Counted from the first letter of the whole stretch, positions 8,495 to 19,052 are shown. The stretch: DNA of 61,089 bases, filler included, from 7 parts of 7 records of this genome joined end to end with filler, not necessarily neighbours in it; one strand, 5' to 3'. A program made the numbers and translations. The notes: a model not told the origin generated them from the sequence alone.

Positions 8495-9784
8495 ATGTAC
8501 TTCGACTCAGTAGAGGCAATGGACCGCGCCGAACTGGAACAACTCCAGGTCGAACGCCTCAAGAAGACCATCGAGAATGCCAAAAAGTCACCGTTTTATT
8601 CGGAACGTCTGGCCGACTTCAATGTCGATGACATTCGCACAGCAGATGATATTACCAAGCTGCCCTTCACCACGAAGAATGATCTTCGCAGCCAATATCC
8701 CCACGGTCTGCTGACCAAACCGCTGGAAGACTTTGTACGCATGCATGCGTCTTCCGGCACCACTGGTACACCTACCGCAATTTTCTATACCCAAAAGGAC
8801 CTGGATACATGGGCCGAACTCATGGCTCGCTCCATGTACGCCTGCGGTTGCCGCAAATCCGACACTCTCCAGAACATGTCCGGGTACGGTTTGTTCACTG
8901 GAGGACTCGGAATTCACTATGGTTCCGAACGACTGGGCATGATCACAATCCCATCCGGCGCAGGCAATACCAAACGCCAGATCAAGCTTATTCGTGATCA
9001 CAATGTTTCTGTACTGCACATCATACCATCATTTGCCCTGTACTTTGCTCAACAAGTTCAGGAAGCAGGCTTCAAGACGGAAGACATGCCGTGGCGCATC
9101 GCCCTTATCGGGGCGGAACCACACACCGAAGAAGCCCGCGCCAAAATTGAAGAAATGATGAATATCAAGGCATACAACTCCTACGGCCTTTCCGAAATGA
9201 ACGGTCCCGGCGTTGCATTTGAATGTATTCACCAGACAGGTATGCACCTCTGGGAAGATGCTTACATTGCTGAAATCATCGACCCCGCAACAGGTGAACA
9301 TGTTGCCGAAGGCGAAATCGGTGAGCTTGTCATGACGACCATTAGGCGAGATGGTATGCCCATCATTCGCTACCGCACCCGCGACCTGACCCGCTTCATT
9401 CCGGGCCAGTGCGAATGTGGCCGCACCCACCGCCGAATTGACCGCATCACGGGTCGTGCCGATGACATGATGATCTTGAAAGGGGTAAACATCTACCCCA
9501 TGCAAATCGAACAGTGCCTCATGTCCATGCCCGAAGTTGGTCAAAACTATCTCATCGAACTGGTTCGTGAAGGCGTGTCCGATCACATGACGGTCAAGGT
9601 CGAAATCAAGGAAGAATTCTTCGTAGAAGATATGCGCGCCCTGCAGGGATTACAAAAGAAAATTGCCAAGACCTTGTGCAGCGAAATCCTGCTCACACCA
9701 CGCGTGGAATTGTGCCAGCATGACTCCATTCCAAAAACGGAAGGCAAGGCTGTACGCGTCATCGATACGCGCGACGAGGACTAA
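8495..9784 (+). CDS. paaK: Phenylacetate-CoA ligase family protein
   Basis: HASSGTTGTP, YGLFTGGLG, GAEP, YGLSE, RYRTRD and GRADDMMILKGVNIYP motifs. Confidence 0.9.
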   Translation: MYFDSVEAMDRAELEQLQVERLKKTIENAKKSPFYSERLADFNVDDIRTADDITKLPFTTKNDLRSQYPHGLLTKPLEDFVRMHASSGTTGTPTAIFYTQKDLDTWAELMARSMYACGCRKSDTLQNMSGYGLFTGGLGIHYGSERLGMITIPSGAGNTKRQIKLIRDHNVSVLHIIPSFALYFAQQVQEAGFKTEDMPWRIALIGAEPHTEEARAKIEEMMNIKAYNSYGLSEMNGPGVAFECIHQTGMHLWEDAYIAEIIDPATGEHVAEGEIGELVMTTIRRDGMPIIRYRTRDLTRFIPGQCECGRTHRRIDRITGRADDMMILKGVNIYPMQIEQCLMSMPEVGQNYLIELVREGVSDHMTVKVEIKEEFFVEDMRALQGLQKKIAKTLCSEILLTPRVELCQHDSIPKTEGKAVRVIDTRDED

Positions 9785-9790
9785 TCCATT

Positions 9791-10288
9791 ATGGAATATG
9801 TCTGGGCTATTTTCCTCATACTCGGTCTGATATTTTCGCAGGTGTTGCAACTGTTCAGCCTGCCTGCGAACTGGATCGCCATCGCTTTGGTGTCACTGTG
9901 GAAATATATCTACCCGGATTCCATGACATGGGATTTTGTCATCATCATTTCAGTGGTGGCTGCCGTCGCCGAAGCTTTGGAGTTCTTCCTTCAGGCCCGA
10001 TACGCCGGAAAATACGGCGCCTCAACCCGTGGCAATATTGGCGGCATCATCGGGGCCGTTGCCGGGGCAATCTTTGGCGCACCGTTCTTTCTCGGACTAG
10101 GCGCGCTCATCGGCGCACTCAGTGGCGCCTATCTCGGCTGCCTTATTGCCGAAATGCCTGGACGATCCCGTCCGGAAGCACTCATGGCCGCCAAAGGAGC
10201 TTTTGTCGGCAAGGCTCTCGGCTTTACCGTCAAAACGGCCATTGGAGCCACTATCGTGGTCATTTCAATCCCCAAAGTCTGGCCATAA
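9791..10288 (+). CDS. DUF456 family membrane protein
   Basis: Hydrophobic; KYGASTRG..GGIIGAVAGAIFG..GALIGALSGAYLG..AE pattern. Confidence 0.8.
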   Translation: MEYVWAIFLILGLIFSQVLQLFSLPANWIAIALVSLWKYIYPDSMTWDFVIIISVVAAVAEALEFFLQARYAGKYGASTRGNIGGIIGAVAGAIFGAPFFLGLGALIGALSGAYLGCLIAEMPGRSRPEALMAAKGAFVGKALGFTVKTAIGATIVVISIPKVWP

Positions 10289-10307
10289 CGAACATTTAGT
10301 TGAAAGC

Positions 10308-10344
10308 AAAAGGCTGATTCTCGTATGAGGGTCAGCCTTTTTTT
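10308..10344. terminator. Bidirectional intrinsic terminator
   Basis: AAAAGGCTGATTCTC-GTAT-GAGGGTCAGCCTTTTTTT between convergent genes, overlapping the patatin stop. Confidence 0.75.
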
Positions 10345-11219
10345 GAATCATCAAGGATACCGGACAAACGATCAGCGGCCAGATCATAGCCGTATTGGAT
10401 CAATGGGGCAGCCTTATCAAAATCAAGAATCATGCAGAGATTTCTCGGAACTTCAAGGACATGATCGGGAGGATACGCAGCGATTTTTTGTCGCGCGATT
10501 GTCCCTTGCATGGCATCAAATGATTGCAAAACGATGTTACGCGTTTTCAGGCCGTTCTTCAAATGCGGCAACGAAGACTTGATCTTCCCCGTAAAATCCG
10601 AAATTGCGTTGCCCAACAGAGAACTCCCTTCCTCTTCATCATCAGATAAAAACAACCCTTCCTTGGGTTTTCCACACAAGTTCACGGCAATGGTAATATC
10701 TGTATGATCGCTAAAAGTCGGAGCTATGGGAACAGGATTAAGTATACCTCCGTCAATAAGATCAACACCATGAAATTTGAATGGTGTGAAAAACAAAGGC
10801 AAAGAAATGGATGCACGAATGGCATCGAAAAGTGGTCCCTCATCAATCCACACTTCCTTGGCCGATTCAATATCTGTAGCTACAGCGGTAAATGGAATAT
10901 CCATTTCCTCAATCAGTTTTTCGCCGACTAACCCTTTGAGGGTGTCAATAATCTTGTTACCTCTGAAAAGCCCATTGCTTTCAAACGCAAGATCAAGCAG
11001 TCCAATCATATTGGCCATGGTAACGGCACGTACCCACTCTTCAAACTCGTCAAGTTTACCAATGGCGTGGATCCCCCCCACCAAAGCCCCCATGGAACAC
11101 CCAGTTATGGATTGAATTGCATAACCATTTTCTTCAAGCCAGTGGATAATTCCTATATGGGCAAGACCACGAGCACCACCGCTGCCAAGAACGAGAGAAA
11201 CCGTTTTTTTCTTTACCAT
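10332..11219 (-). CDS. Patatin-like phospholipase (RssA-like)
   Basis: GSGGARG oxyanion loop, GCSMG nucleophile elbow, DGG motif. Confidence 0.92.
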   Translation of the reverse strand: MVKKKTVSLVLGSGGARGLAHIGIIHWLEENGYAIQSITGCSMGALVGGIHAIGKLDEFEEWVRAVTMANMIGLLDLAFESNGLFRGNKIIDTLKGLVGEKLIEEMDIPFTAVATDIESAKEVWIDEGPLFDAIRASISLPLFFTPFKFHGVDLIDGGILNPVPIAPTFSDHTDITIAVNLCGKPKEGLFLSDDEEEGSSLLGNAISDFTGKIKSSLPHLKNGLKTRNIVLQSFDAMQGTIARQKIAAYPPDHVLEVPRNLCMILDFDKAAPLIQYGYDLAADRLSGILDDSKKG

Positions 11220-11403
11220 GTCACACTATTTCCTTGATAGAACTCAACAAGTACCTTTATCTACCGTCACCGCTTTGAAAAGGTCAATGACAGACCTGTC
11301 TTCATGTAACAATTGACTTGCACAGCGAGGACTTTTAAGCGAACGTGGTGGCCGTTGAAGCGGCCCAGATTGATCAACCAAAAACAGTATACCGGATGGA
11401 CCA

Positions 11404-12852
11404 ATGACTGCCGACCTTTTTCCTACTTATCGTGGACACATGGAATACTTCTGCCTTGGCTGCGGCAAGCGATTTCCCACCGATGAATTGCATTACACAT
11501 GCCCCGAATGTGGCGGCGTGTTCCTGCTCGACAACTTGCTTTTCGATGATCTGAAAAAAACATCGGGTAAGCAATGGCGAGAACTTTTCGACAGTCGTGC
11601 CGCTTCCAAAAAAACTGCCTTGCGCGGAATTTTCCGTTTCTATGAGCTCATGGCCCCTGTGCTTGAAGAAGAAGATATTGTCTATCTCGGCGAAGGCAAC
11701 ACCCCTGTTGTCGAGTCCAGCCCCGGCCTGAATCAAACAACAGGCCTGACCACTGCATACAAAAACGACGGCCAAAACCCCTCTGCCTCCTTCAAGGATC
11801 GTGGTATGGCCTGCGGCTTTTCCTATCTTCGTTCGCTCATCCGTCAAAATGATTGGGATCAGATTCTCACGGTCTGCGCGTCCACAGGGGACACTTCGGC
11901 CGCGGCCGCTCTGTATGCCTCCTATGTCGGAGGGGCCATTAAATCCGTGGTTATTTTGCCACACGGCAAAGTCACACCGGCACAGCTTGCCCAACCACTC
12001 GGTTCCGGCGCAGTGGTGTTAGAGGTCCCCGGCGTTTTTGACGACTGCATGAAAGTAGTCGAACATCTGGCCGACAATTACCGTGTAGCCTTGCTCAATT
12101 CAAAGAATGCATGGCGCATTCTGGGCCAAGAATCCTATGCTTTTGAATGCGCTCAGTGGTTCGATTGGGACATGAAGGGCAAATGTATTTTTGTTCCCAT
12201 CGGCAATGCGGGAAATATAACAGCCATCATGGCCGGATTCCTCAAGCTGTATGAACTGGAAATCATCACCGACCTGCCACGAATTTTCGGAGTCCAGTCA
12301 CATCATGCTGATCCGGTTTATCGTTACTATGCAGTAGATGATCCCAAAGAAAGACAATACGAGCCAGTGACAGTAGCCGCATCCGTGGCTCAGGCTGCCA
12401 TGATCGGCAACCCGGTATCCTTCCCTCGCGTAAAATATTTCGCCAAGAAATTCGAAGCTATTGGAGGCAAGGATTCTTTCCAAGTCCTTCAGGTCACGGA
12501 ACAACAAATCATGGATTCCATGATTCAGGCCAACATGCACGGACACATCGCCTGCACACAGGGTGGTGAATCATTTGCCGGAGCAAAACGCGCCTTGGAA
12601 CTCGGTCTGGTAACGCCTGAAGAACTCTGTATTCTCGATTCAACAGCACACCAACTCAAGTTCGTGGACTTCCAGAATATGTATTTCGACAACAGCTTCC
12701 CCCCTGAGTTTGAAATCACCCCTGACATGTCTCTGGCGAACACGCCGGAACTGGTCATTTCCCCCGAGGAAAAAGACACTCTTTCCCCCGAAGAATACAC
12801 CCGCAATACTGCGGACAAAGTGGTCGAAAAACTCGGTCTGGAAAAGAAATAA
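11404..12852 (+). CDS. thrC: Threonine synthase
   Basis: N-terminal CxxC...CxxC, GEGNTP, NPSASFKDRG (PLP lysine), CASTGDTSAA, PIGNAGN. Confidence 0.93.
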   Translation: MTADLFPTYRGHMEYFCLGCGKRFPTDELHYTCPECGGVFLLDNLLFDDLKKTSGKQWRELFDSRAASKKTALRGIFRFYELMAPVLEEEDIVYLGEGNTPVVESSPGLNQTTGLTTAYKNDGQNPSASFKDRGMACGFSYLRSLIRQNDWDQILTVCASTGDTSAAAALYASYVGGAIKSVVILPHGKVTPAQLAQPLGSGAVVLEVPGVFDDCMKVVEHLADNYRVALLNSKNAWRILGQESYAFECAQWFDWDMKGKCIFVPIGNAGNITAIMAGFLKLYELEIITDLPRIFGVQSHHADPVYRYYAVDDPKERQYEPVTVAASVAQAAMIGNPVSFPRVKYFAKKFEAIGGKDSFQVLQVTEQQIMDSMIQANMHGHIACTQGGESFAGAKRALELGLVTPEELCILDSTAHQLKFVDFQNMYFDNSFPPEFEITPDMSLANTPELVISPEEKDTLSPEEYTRNTADKVVEKLGLEKK

Positions 12853-12861
12853 ACGGGGACG

Positions 12862-13611
12862 ATGGTGGCGAAAAAACAACGGGCTGATCAGTTGCTTGCC
12901 GCATCCGGTGCGGTGGAAAGCAGAGAAAAAGCCAAACGACTCATTATGGCCGGAAAAGTCCACTATATGGACCGAGGCCAAAAAATCCCCGTGGGCAAAC
13001 CCGGACAACAATTCTTCCCGGATACGGAATTTGTTGTCCCGGATGACTCTCGTTTTGTCTCACGCGGTGCCTATAAGCTGCTGACGGCTATTGAAGAATT
13101 TTCCATCGATTTCACAAACAAAATCGCTTTGGATGCAGGAGCGTCAACTGGTGGATTTACCGACTGTATGCTTCAACACGGCGCAACACGGGTGTATGCC
13201 ATCGATGTCGGCTATGGTCAGTTGCACGAAAAACTCCGGCAGGACGATCGGGTCATCAACATGGAACGAACGAATGTCCGCCATGCCGAACAAGACCTTA
13301 TTCCAGAGCCTGTCGATGTCATCGTAGCCGATGTATCCTTCATTTCCCTGACGAAAATCCTTCCGGCCTGCTGCCAATTCCTCAAGGACGACGGGGAGCT
13401 TGTCGTACTCATCAAACCACAATTTGAAGTCGGCCCCGGCCAGACTGATAAAGGCGTGGTCCGTGATGAAAATTTACGTCAAGAGACTGTGGATATGGTC
13501 ACCGGATTCTGCGAAAACGAACTGAACCTGATAATTAAGGGTGTCGTTCCATCAAAAATTCTCGGTCCTAAAGGCAACCAGGAATATATGGCCTACATGG
13601 CCAAAGCGTAA
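12862..13611 (+). CDS. tlyA: TlyA family rRNA 2'-O-methyltransferase
   Basis: S4 domain, FVSRGAYKL, DAGASTGGFTD, DVSFISL, LIKPQFE, GPKGNQE. Confidence 0.95.
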   Translation: MVAKKQRADQLLAASGAVESREKAKRLIMAGKVHYMDRGQKIPVGKPGQQFFPDTEFVVPDDSRFVSRGAYKLLTAIEEFSIDFTNKIALDAGASTGGFTDCMLQHGATRVYAIDVGYGQLHEKLRQDDRVINMERTNVRHAEQDLIPEPVDVIVADVSFISLTKILPACCQFLKDDGELVVLIKPQFEVGPGQTDKGVVRDENLRQETVDMVTGFCENELNLIIKGVVPSKILGPKGNQEYMAYMAKA

Positions 13612-13615
13612 TTTC

Positions 13616-14488
13616 ATGATCCAAGGGCTTATTTACTCGTTGATTTCAGCAACGGCGTTTGCCGCCTTGCCGATTTTGGTCAAACTCGGCTATGCGGCAG
13701 GCATGCGTGGAGCGGTCATGATGCAATACCGCTTTTCCTACGCAGTCATTTTCCTGTTTATATTCATGTTGATCAAAGACCGATCACTCTTCAAAATATC
13801 CAAAAGCAGTTTAGCCAAATGTGCTTTTATAGGCATTATCGTTTATTGGACTCAGACAACCTGTTTTGTGCGAGCTCTTGCCACGATTCCGGCTTCCACT
13901 ACCTCTCTGATCCTCTACGGCTATCCGGTAGTAGTCACTTTGGCCTCTGTTATATTCCTGAAACTACGACTCAACAAACTTATTGTATTTTCACTCTGTT
14001 TGGTCATGGCTGGATGCTGTCTCGTCTTTTTCGACGCCTTTATGCGCGAAGTGGACGCTGTAGGGCTGGCCTATGCATTTGGCGCTATGGCTACCTTCTC
14101 AGCATATCTTGTCCTGACCCAAGTGCTTCTCAAAGGGCTTAAACCTTTGACGGCCACCTTTTATGTCATGCTCTTTGCCGCCATAGTATTCACCATGTCA
14201 GGCGATTTCATGGCTTGGTTCCACACCTCAGGCGAACAAATGCTCATCAGCCTCGCTCTTGGATTATTTCCGGGAGTACTGGCTGTCACTCTTCTGTATC
14301 AAGCCATTGAAAGAATCGGTTGTGCTTATGCCAGTATTTTTTCGTCAGTTGAACCTGTGGTAACATTGGCAGGGGCTGCCGCCCTGCTCGGCGAGAACAT
14401 AGTCATGCTACAAATAGCCGGCATGGCCCTGATCCTCATAGGCATCATTGTCCCCAATCTCCGATTCGGACAGCCGCCTCTAAAATAA
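13616..14488 (+). CDS. EamA/DMT family transporter
   Basis: About 10 TM helices, SSVEPVVT...LLGE motif; start reassigned to ATG 13616, just after the tlyA stop. Confidence 0.88.
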   Translation: MIQGLIYSLISATAFAALPILVKLGYAAGMRGAVMMQYRFSYAVIFLFIFMLIKDRSLFKISKSSLAKCAFIGIIVYWTQTTCFVRALATIPASTTSLILYGYPVVVTLASVIFLKLRLNKLIVFSLCLVMAGCCLVFFDAFMREVDAVGLAYAFGAMATFSAYLVLTQVLLKGLKPLTATFYVMLFAAIVFTMSGDFMAWFHTSGEQMLISLALGLFPGVLAVTLLYQAIERIGCAYASIFSSVEPVVTLAGAAALLGENIVMLQIAGMALILIGIIVPNLRFGQPPLK

Positions 14489-14494
14489 CTTCCT

Positions 14495-15118
14495 TCACAA
14501 ACTCTCTCCAGAGTTCTCTTCCGCACCAACCATTTCACTAAAAAAAGTCGACACCCCCTCAGGAAGCACCACGTCACCCTGAAATCGAATACCCAGCCCT
14601 TGATGAGGGCCAGCCTCACAACGAGTCATGAATTCCCCCGTAAAAGAATACGGCTTCTGACCTTCCATCGTCTGAAACGTTCCGGCAACCGGAGTCTTCG
14701 TTTCCAATTTCAATAAGGAGACATCAGCCAAAACAAAACAACACCCACCCGGACTAATGTCTGAGATGTGACCACTATACACATCTTCGTTAACGGATAC
14801 CGTAGCAGGAAAATGACACGTCATCCGGTCCTCTTGCCTAAGGTTGTGCTCAACGAACTCAGTGGGATACGTCAAAAAAACCAAAGACACCGGCGCAGCC
14901 TGATAGGAAATGACATCCACACTGAAACCCACAATTCTCCCAGCGCCCAAATATCTCACCTGTAAATGAGTCCCTTTAACAAGACGCTCACGTATACCAG
15001 GCGTCATCGGTACTTTTAGGAGAAGGAATTCCCCTTTGGATTGTCCCACATACCGACAGTTCATACGCTCCTTGTCCGCATATTCAACGATAATCCGGGA
15101 ACCGGATTCAATATGCAT
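14495..15118 (-). CDS. PilZ-domain (flagellar-brake/YcgR-like) c-di-GMP receptor
   Basis: RQEDR (RxxxR) and DISPGG (DxSxxG) motifs after an N-terminal YcgR-like domain; start MHIESG preceded by GGAGG. Confidence 0.85.
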   Translation of the reverse strand: MHIESGSRIIVEYADKERMNCRYVGQSKGEFLLLKVPMTPGIRERLVKGTHLQVRYLGAGRIVGFSVDVISYQAAPVSLVFLTYPTEFVEHNLRQEDRMTCHFPATVSVNEDVYSGHISDISPGGCCFVLADVSLLKLETKTPVAGTFQTMEGQKPYSFTGEFMTRCEAGPHQGLGIRFQGDVVLPEGVSTFFSEMVGAEENSGESL

Positions 15119-15130
15119 AGGACCTCCCAA

Positions 15131-15958
15131 TTACGCTTTTCGCTTGTCCATATAGCGTCCCAACAACTTCAAATGAGCCTTTTCTTCCCTCGCTAAAATT
15201 TGCAATATGGTTTCAGTTTGCGAGTCAGCTGCCCTTCGTGCACACCGCAAATAGTAATCTAAAGCCTGAGCTTCAATCATGGTCGCCAATTGCAGGATTC
15301 CTTCATCGTCGTCGAAAGCAGCAGGGTGTTGGGCCAAAAAATCACTGATCTCCACCCCTCCCTCCGCTGCCAAACCAATTGATGTAAAAGCCGTTTTCTC
15401 AAACCGATCACGATCCATTTTCTGTCCAACAATCCTGCAATAGAGGGTAAATAATGTATCTTTATGTCGATCTTCAAACCCAGCCAATTCCATAAATAAT
15501 TCTATTCTTTCAAGTGTTTCTGCCATATCCGCACGTTCCACATAAAAGCGTTGCAGGTTACTCTCCATGGAGTATGCCTTAAGTACAACTTCGGCAGAAG
15601 TTTCCGTCCCAGTAAATTCAATCAGTCCAAGTTCCATAGGACCAAAAGCAGTCTCACCATTCCAACCGGACATGCCGCCAACAAGATTATTAATCTCGGA
15701 AAACCCCTGTCCTTCTAACAATCCCGAAGCGGCCATACTCCTGGCACCCGATCGACAATAGGCCAAAACAGGCTTCTCCTTGTCAATCTCATCAATACGA
15801 TCGATGAGTTCAACTAAAGGAACAAGACGCGCTCCGGGAATATGCTCATCAGCATATTCCCACTCCTGACGGACATCTAACAAAGTATAAGAGTCAGGTT
15901 TACGACTCTCCATAAAAGACCGAGCAGCATCCGCAGTCAACATAGTTATCTGTGCCAT
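15131..15958 (-). CDS. Rhodanese plus ferritin-like (rubrerythrin-type) fusion protein
   Basis: LLDVR..EY...HIPGA and active-site CRSGARS; then E..LQRFY, EDRH, EAQALDYY and EKAH diiron-type motifs; start reassigned to MAQITM with a GGAG RBS. Confidence 0.85.
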   Translation of the reverse strand: MAQITMLTADAARSFMESRKPDSYTLLDVRQEWEYADEHIPGARLVPLVELIDRIDEIDKEKPVLAYCRSGARSMAASGLLEGQGFSEINNLVGGMSGWNGETAFGPMELGLIEFTGTETSAEVVLKAYSMESNLQRFYVERADMAETLERIELFMELAGFEDRHKDTLFTLYCRIVGQKMDRDRFEKTAFTSIGLAAEGGVEISDFLAQHPAAFDDDEGILQLATMIEAQALDYYLRCARRAADSQTETILQILAREEKAHLKLLGRYMDKRKA

Positions 15959-16059
15959 AGACGTATTCTCCGATCGAAACAGTAGAAAGTAGGGACTTTT
16001 TCGATGAACAAACAATACGGCAGGAAGACGCATGGCGTCAATATGAGCGAATTTAGCGA

Positions 16060-16770
16060 TCAAATAAAGAACATGACGATGATTACCGTCATACAAAAAA
16101 AAGCAGCTATGCCATCCTGTATACGCCAAGAAAAATCGGGAGCCCATGCATCGGCTGAATCCAACCGGCGACAAGCCACCGCCAGCGTTTGGTTCCATGT
16201 TTTCTGACCAAGGTTACGCACCAAGGCCAATGGGATGACACGCATCCGCACACTCAGCCCAGACCCAAGACATCGCCGCGACGCCACTTCCTTAACCTTG
16301 GCGAGGGTCTCCAAACAGATAGGCAAAAAATGAATCATTAATGCAAGAGATAAGGCAGCACGCCAAGCTCTTTCCTGCCCGATCAGTGGTCGCAAAGCCC
16401 ACGAGACAGCAAGTCCAAGAGACCGTGCAGATGTAGACAATGCCAATCCCAATCCAAGCAAAAGCAATGCAACCAGCCGTGCGCCCAATTGAAAACCATC
16501 CATCATTATAAACTCTACAGGCACACCGGAGACACCATCCAATGCCATCTTGATCCCCACCCAAAAAAGAACAAAAACCAAAAGACTCCGAATCATCTTA
16601 AATCCGACAGACTGCCCTGCAGCCAAAGGCCAAACAAGAAAAAACAAAAAAACTATGTACACAGCCACCGCAAGGACATGGACCTTCCACAAACATGGGC
16701 CAAGCACAAGAGCAACAACCAGTTTCAAGCGTGGGTCCAATTCCCTGATATAAGCAGCCACACCGGGCAT
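16060..16770 (-). CDS. ECF transporter transmembrane (T) component
   Basis: LDPRLKL N-terminal motif, TM helices, SRR and CRR coupling-motif-like segments; adjacent to an ABC ATPase. Start uncertain (16770 or 16791). Confidence 0.7.
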   Translation of the reverse strand: MPGVAAYIRELDPRLKLVVALVLGPCLWKVHVLAVAVYIVFLFFLVWPLAAGQSVGFKMIRSLLVFVLFWVGIKMALDGVSGVPVEFIMMDGFQLGARLVALLLLGLGLALSTSARSLGLAVSWALRPLIGQERAWRAALSLALMIHFLPICLETLAKVKEVASRRCLGSGLSVRMRVIPLALVRNLGQKTWNQTLAVACRRLDSADAWAPDFSWRIQDGIAAFFCMTVIIVMFFI

Positions 16771-17522
16771 CAATTCCCTCCCGCGTCCCACGATCCAAGA
16801 ACACGGTCAACAGACCATGAATGAGGAGGTCGTACGCCATGCTCGCGAACAGAATCCAGTATGGACTCAGGCGGACCTGTCACAACAAGCTTTCCCCTAT
16901 CAAGAACAGCCAGACCATCCACAAGATCAATAAAACTTTCCAGATCATGGGATGATACAACTTGCGTCAATCCTGCTTGTCGGTTTTCTCCTATGATGGC
17001 TCGCATTTCGCGGACTCCATGGTAATCCAGCCCGCTAAAGGGTTCGTCGAGCAGCAAAACATTCGGATCATCCAACAATGCCGCAGCCAAACAGAGCTTA
17101 CGCTTCATGCCCCAAGAAAGAGTCTGCACTGGCCGTTCCCATGCCGAAAGCACATTGAATCTGTCGGCCATATCCTTGGCCTGAGCAATGGCTTTTTCAT
17201 CACGTCTTGAGCCCATCAGCATATCTTCTTCCACAGTTCCACCAAGAATTTGCAGATCGGCATCCTGCATAACCAAACGACATATGGCGCGAATGGATTT
17301 CTCCGAACCGGGGCTGACACGATCGGCAACGGTCAATGAACCTCCAGTAGGGGGATACAGTCCAGCCATAAGCGACAGAAGTGTAGACTTCCCGCTCCCA
17401 TTGGCTCCGACTAACCCCAAAAGAGTGCCTTTGGGAATATTCATGGAAAGACCGGACAGGACATTCCCGCCGGACGGATAAGCAAAAGAGAGTGCGTTCA
17501 GTGTAATCATGCTGTTCCTCAA
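16770..17522 (-). CDS. ECF/ABC transporter ATP-binding (A) component
   Basis: Walker A GANGSGKS, Q-loop MQDADLQI, signature LSWGMK, Walker B LLLDEP, H-loop SHD. Confidence 0.9.
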   Translation of the reverse strand: MRNSMITLNALSFAYPSGGNVLSGLSMNIPKGTLLGLVGANGSGKSTLLSLMAGLYPPTGGSLTVADRVSPGSEKSIRAICRLVMQDADLQILGGTVEEDMLMGSRRDEKAIAQAKDMADRFNVLSAWERPVQTLSWGMKRKLCLAAALLDDPNVLLLDEPFSGLDYHGVREMRAIIGENRQAGLTQVVSSHDLESFIDLVDGLAVLDRGKLVVTGPPESILDSVREHGVRPPHSWSVDRVLGSWDAGGN

Positions 17523-17563
17523 ACGTCAGGTTCAACCATTGCACGTGAAAGTGTCAACGAAAT

Positions 17564-17589
17564 AAAAAAGCCCCCGCCGAAGCAGGGGC
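17564..17589 (-). terminator. Intrinsic terminator after the FadL-like gene
   Basis: Minus strand GCCCCTGC-TTCG-GCGGGGGC followed by a T run. Confidence 0.85.
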
Positions 17590-17614
17590 CTGAATATCGT
17601 CAAAAACGATGAAC

Positions 17615-18829
17615 TTAGAAGGTATACCCAACAGAGAGACCGGCTCCCCAGGTACGCCCATCCTTAAAGTCCACATCATATGCAGTGCCAGCAGTGTCAG
17701 TCATCTCCATACCATGGCGTTCCTTGGTCACGATATACATACCAGACAGGTCAAATGTCAGGTTATTAATCGCGTATCCAGCACCAAGAGTGAACATCTG
17801 CCGATCATTCGCGGGCAGCATGGGAGAGGTATAATCATGTCGAATAGGACTCTGGTCGTAGACATAACCAGCTCGCAAAGCCAACGCATTGGTAACCAAA
17901 TACTCTGCACCAAGCTGGAAGCGCCAAGTACTCTTATAGTTAAAATCTTCTTCAGTATCAGGCAGGGCGAAACCGTCAAAATCAAATTCGATACGGTCAA
18001 ACTGTTCCCACTGAGTATACACAATATCAAATTCAAACGTCAGATTTTCAATGGGAGAATATCCAAGTCCAGCGGTATAACTGGCAGGGAAATCCGCGGT
18101 AAGCGTTGCATTGCCAGAAGAGACAAGAGCACCAGCTCCATTATGATAGGTAGCTTTGCCTTTTCCGACAAAATGAACCGGAGACCGGTAGATGAATCCA
18201 AAATTCAAATCATCGGTGATATCGTAGAGCATGGACAGATTAAATGCGAGAGCGGCGGAATCTACGTCAACTTTAAACTTATCTCCACCGCCGAGAAGCA
18301 TCTTCTTAATCATAAAACCACCCTTAATGAACTCAACGCCACCTGAAAGCGCCAAATCGTCAGTCACCTTGTAAGCAACTGTGGGTGTTAATGAATATGT
18401 CTCCAGCAAAGCTTCCTGAAGTAAGGTTGCACCGGCCCACTCGTCGTCATACTTGGTGCCAAGACCAAAACGGGTGTATTCACCCAAACCGATATACAGA
18501 TCATCATTGACCTGATGAGTAATGTAGGCATGCGGAACAACATGGTTCACGGAACTGGTGGTAGACTTGTCACCGTCAATGTAAACATCCGACATGGGAT
18601 TAATAACCGCTGCACCGGCATAAACATTGGTGCCTTCCAGCTTGGTCATCTGAGACGGGTTATAAGCGATGACTGAAGCGTCATTACCTGTCGCATAGTT
18701 GGCGGTACCCATACCCAGCGCACGGTTACCCCACTCATAAAGAGCAAAACCGCCCGCATGAACAGTCACTGCGGACGCTAAAATACAGAGTACGAAACTA
18801 CAGAAAAAAATGGCGGATGCACGTTTCAT
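17615..18829 (-). CDS. OmpP1/FadL family outer-membrane transporter
   Basis: Signal peptide then GGFALYE...ALGMG...DAS.IAYNPS, TRFGL, LRAGYVYDQSP, terminal YTF. Confidence 0.92.
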   Translation of the reverse strand: MKRASAIFFCSFVLCILASAVTVHAGGFALYEWGNRALGMGTANYATGNDASVIAYNPSQMTKLEGTNVYAGAAVINPMSDVYIDGDKSTTSSVNHVVPHAYITHQVNDDLYIGLGEYTRFGLGTKYDDEWAGATLLQEALLETYSLTPTVAYKVTDDLALSGGVEFIKGGFMIKKMLLGGGDKFKVDVDSAALAFNLSMLYDITDDLNFGFIYRSPVHFVGKGKATYHNGAGALVSSGNATLTADFPASYTAGLGYSPIENLTFEFDIVYTQWEQFDRIEFDFDGFALPDTEEDFNYKSTWRFQLGAEYLVTNALALRAGYVYDQSPIRHDYTSPMLPANDRQMFTLGAGYAINNLTFDLSGMYIVTKERHGMEMTDTAGTAYDVDFKDGRTWGAGLSVGYTF

Positions 18830-19052
18830 CCTTCCCCCTTGAATCCTGCCGATTCGCATCGACAGCGGTCTTGTTCAATGTGTCCGGCACCCTCCCAGAT
18901 ATGGCAACATGAATAGCCGCCCCGAATACATTGAAATAATTATTTTGCACAAACTCCCACGTCTTAACCGACACAAAAAAAAATGTAAAACATTAAAACA
19001 ATTTCAAACACTTGTTTGATATATAATTTGAATATGATGGGACATTTTTGCA

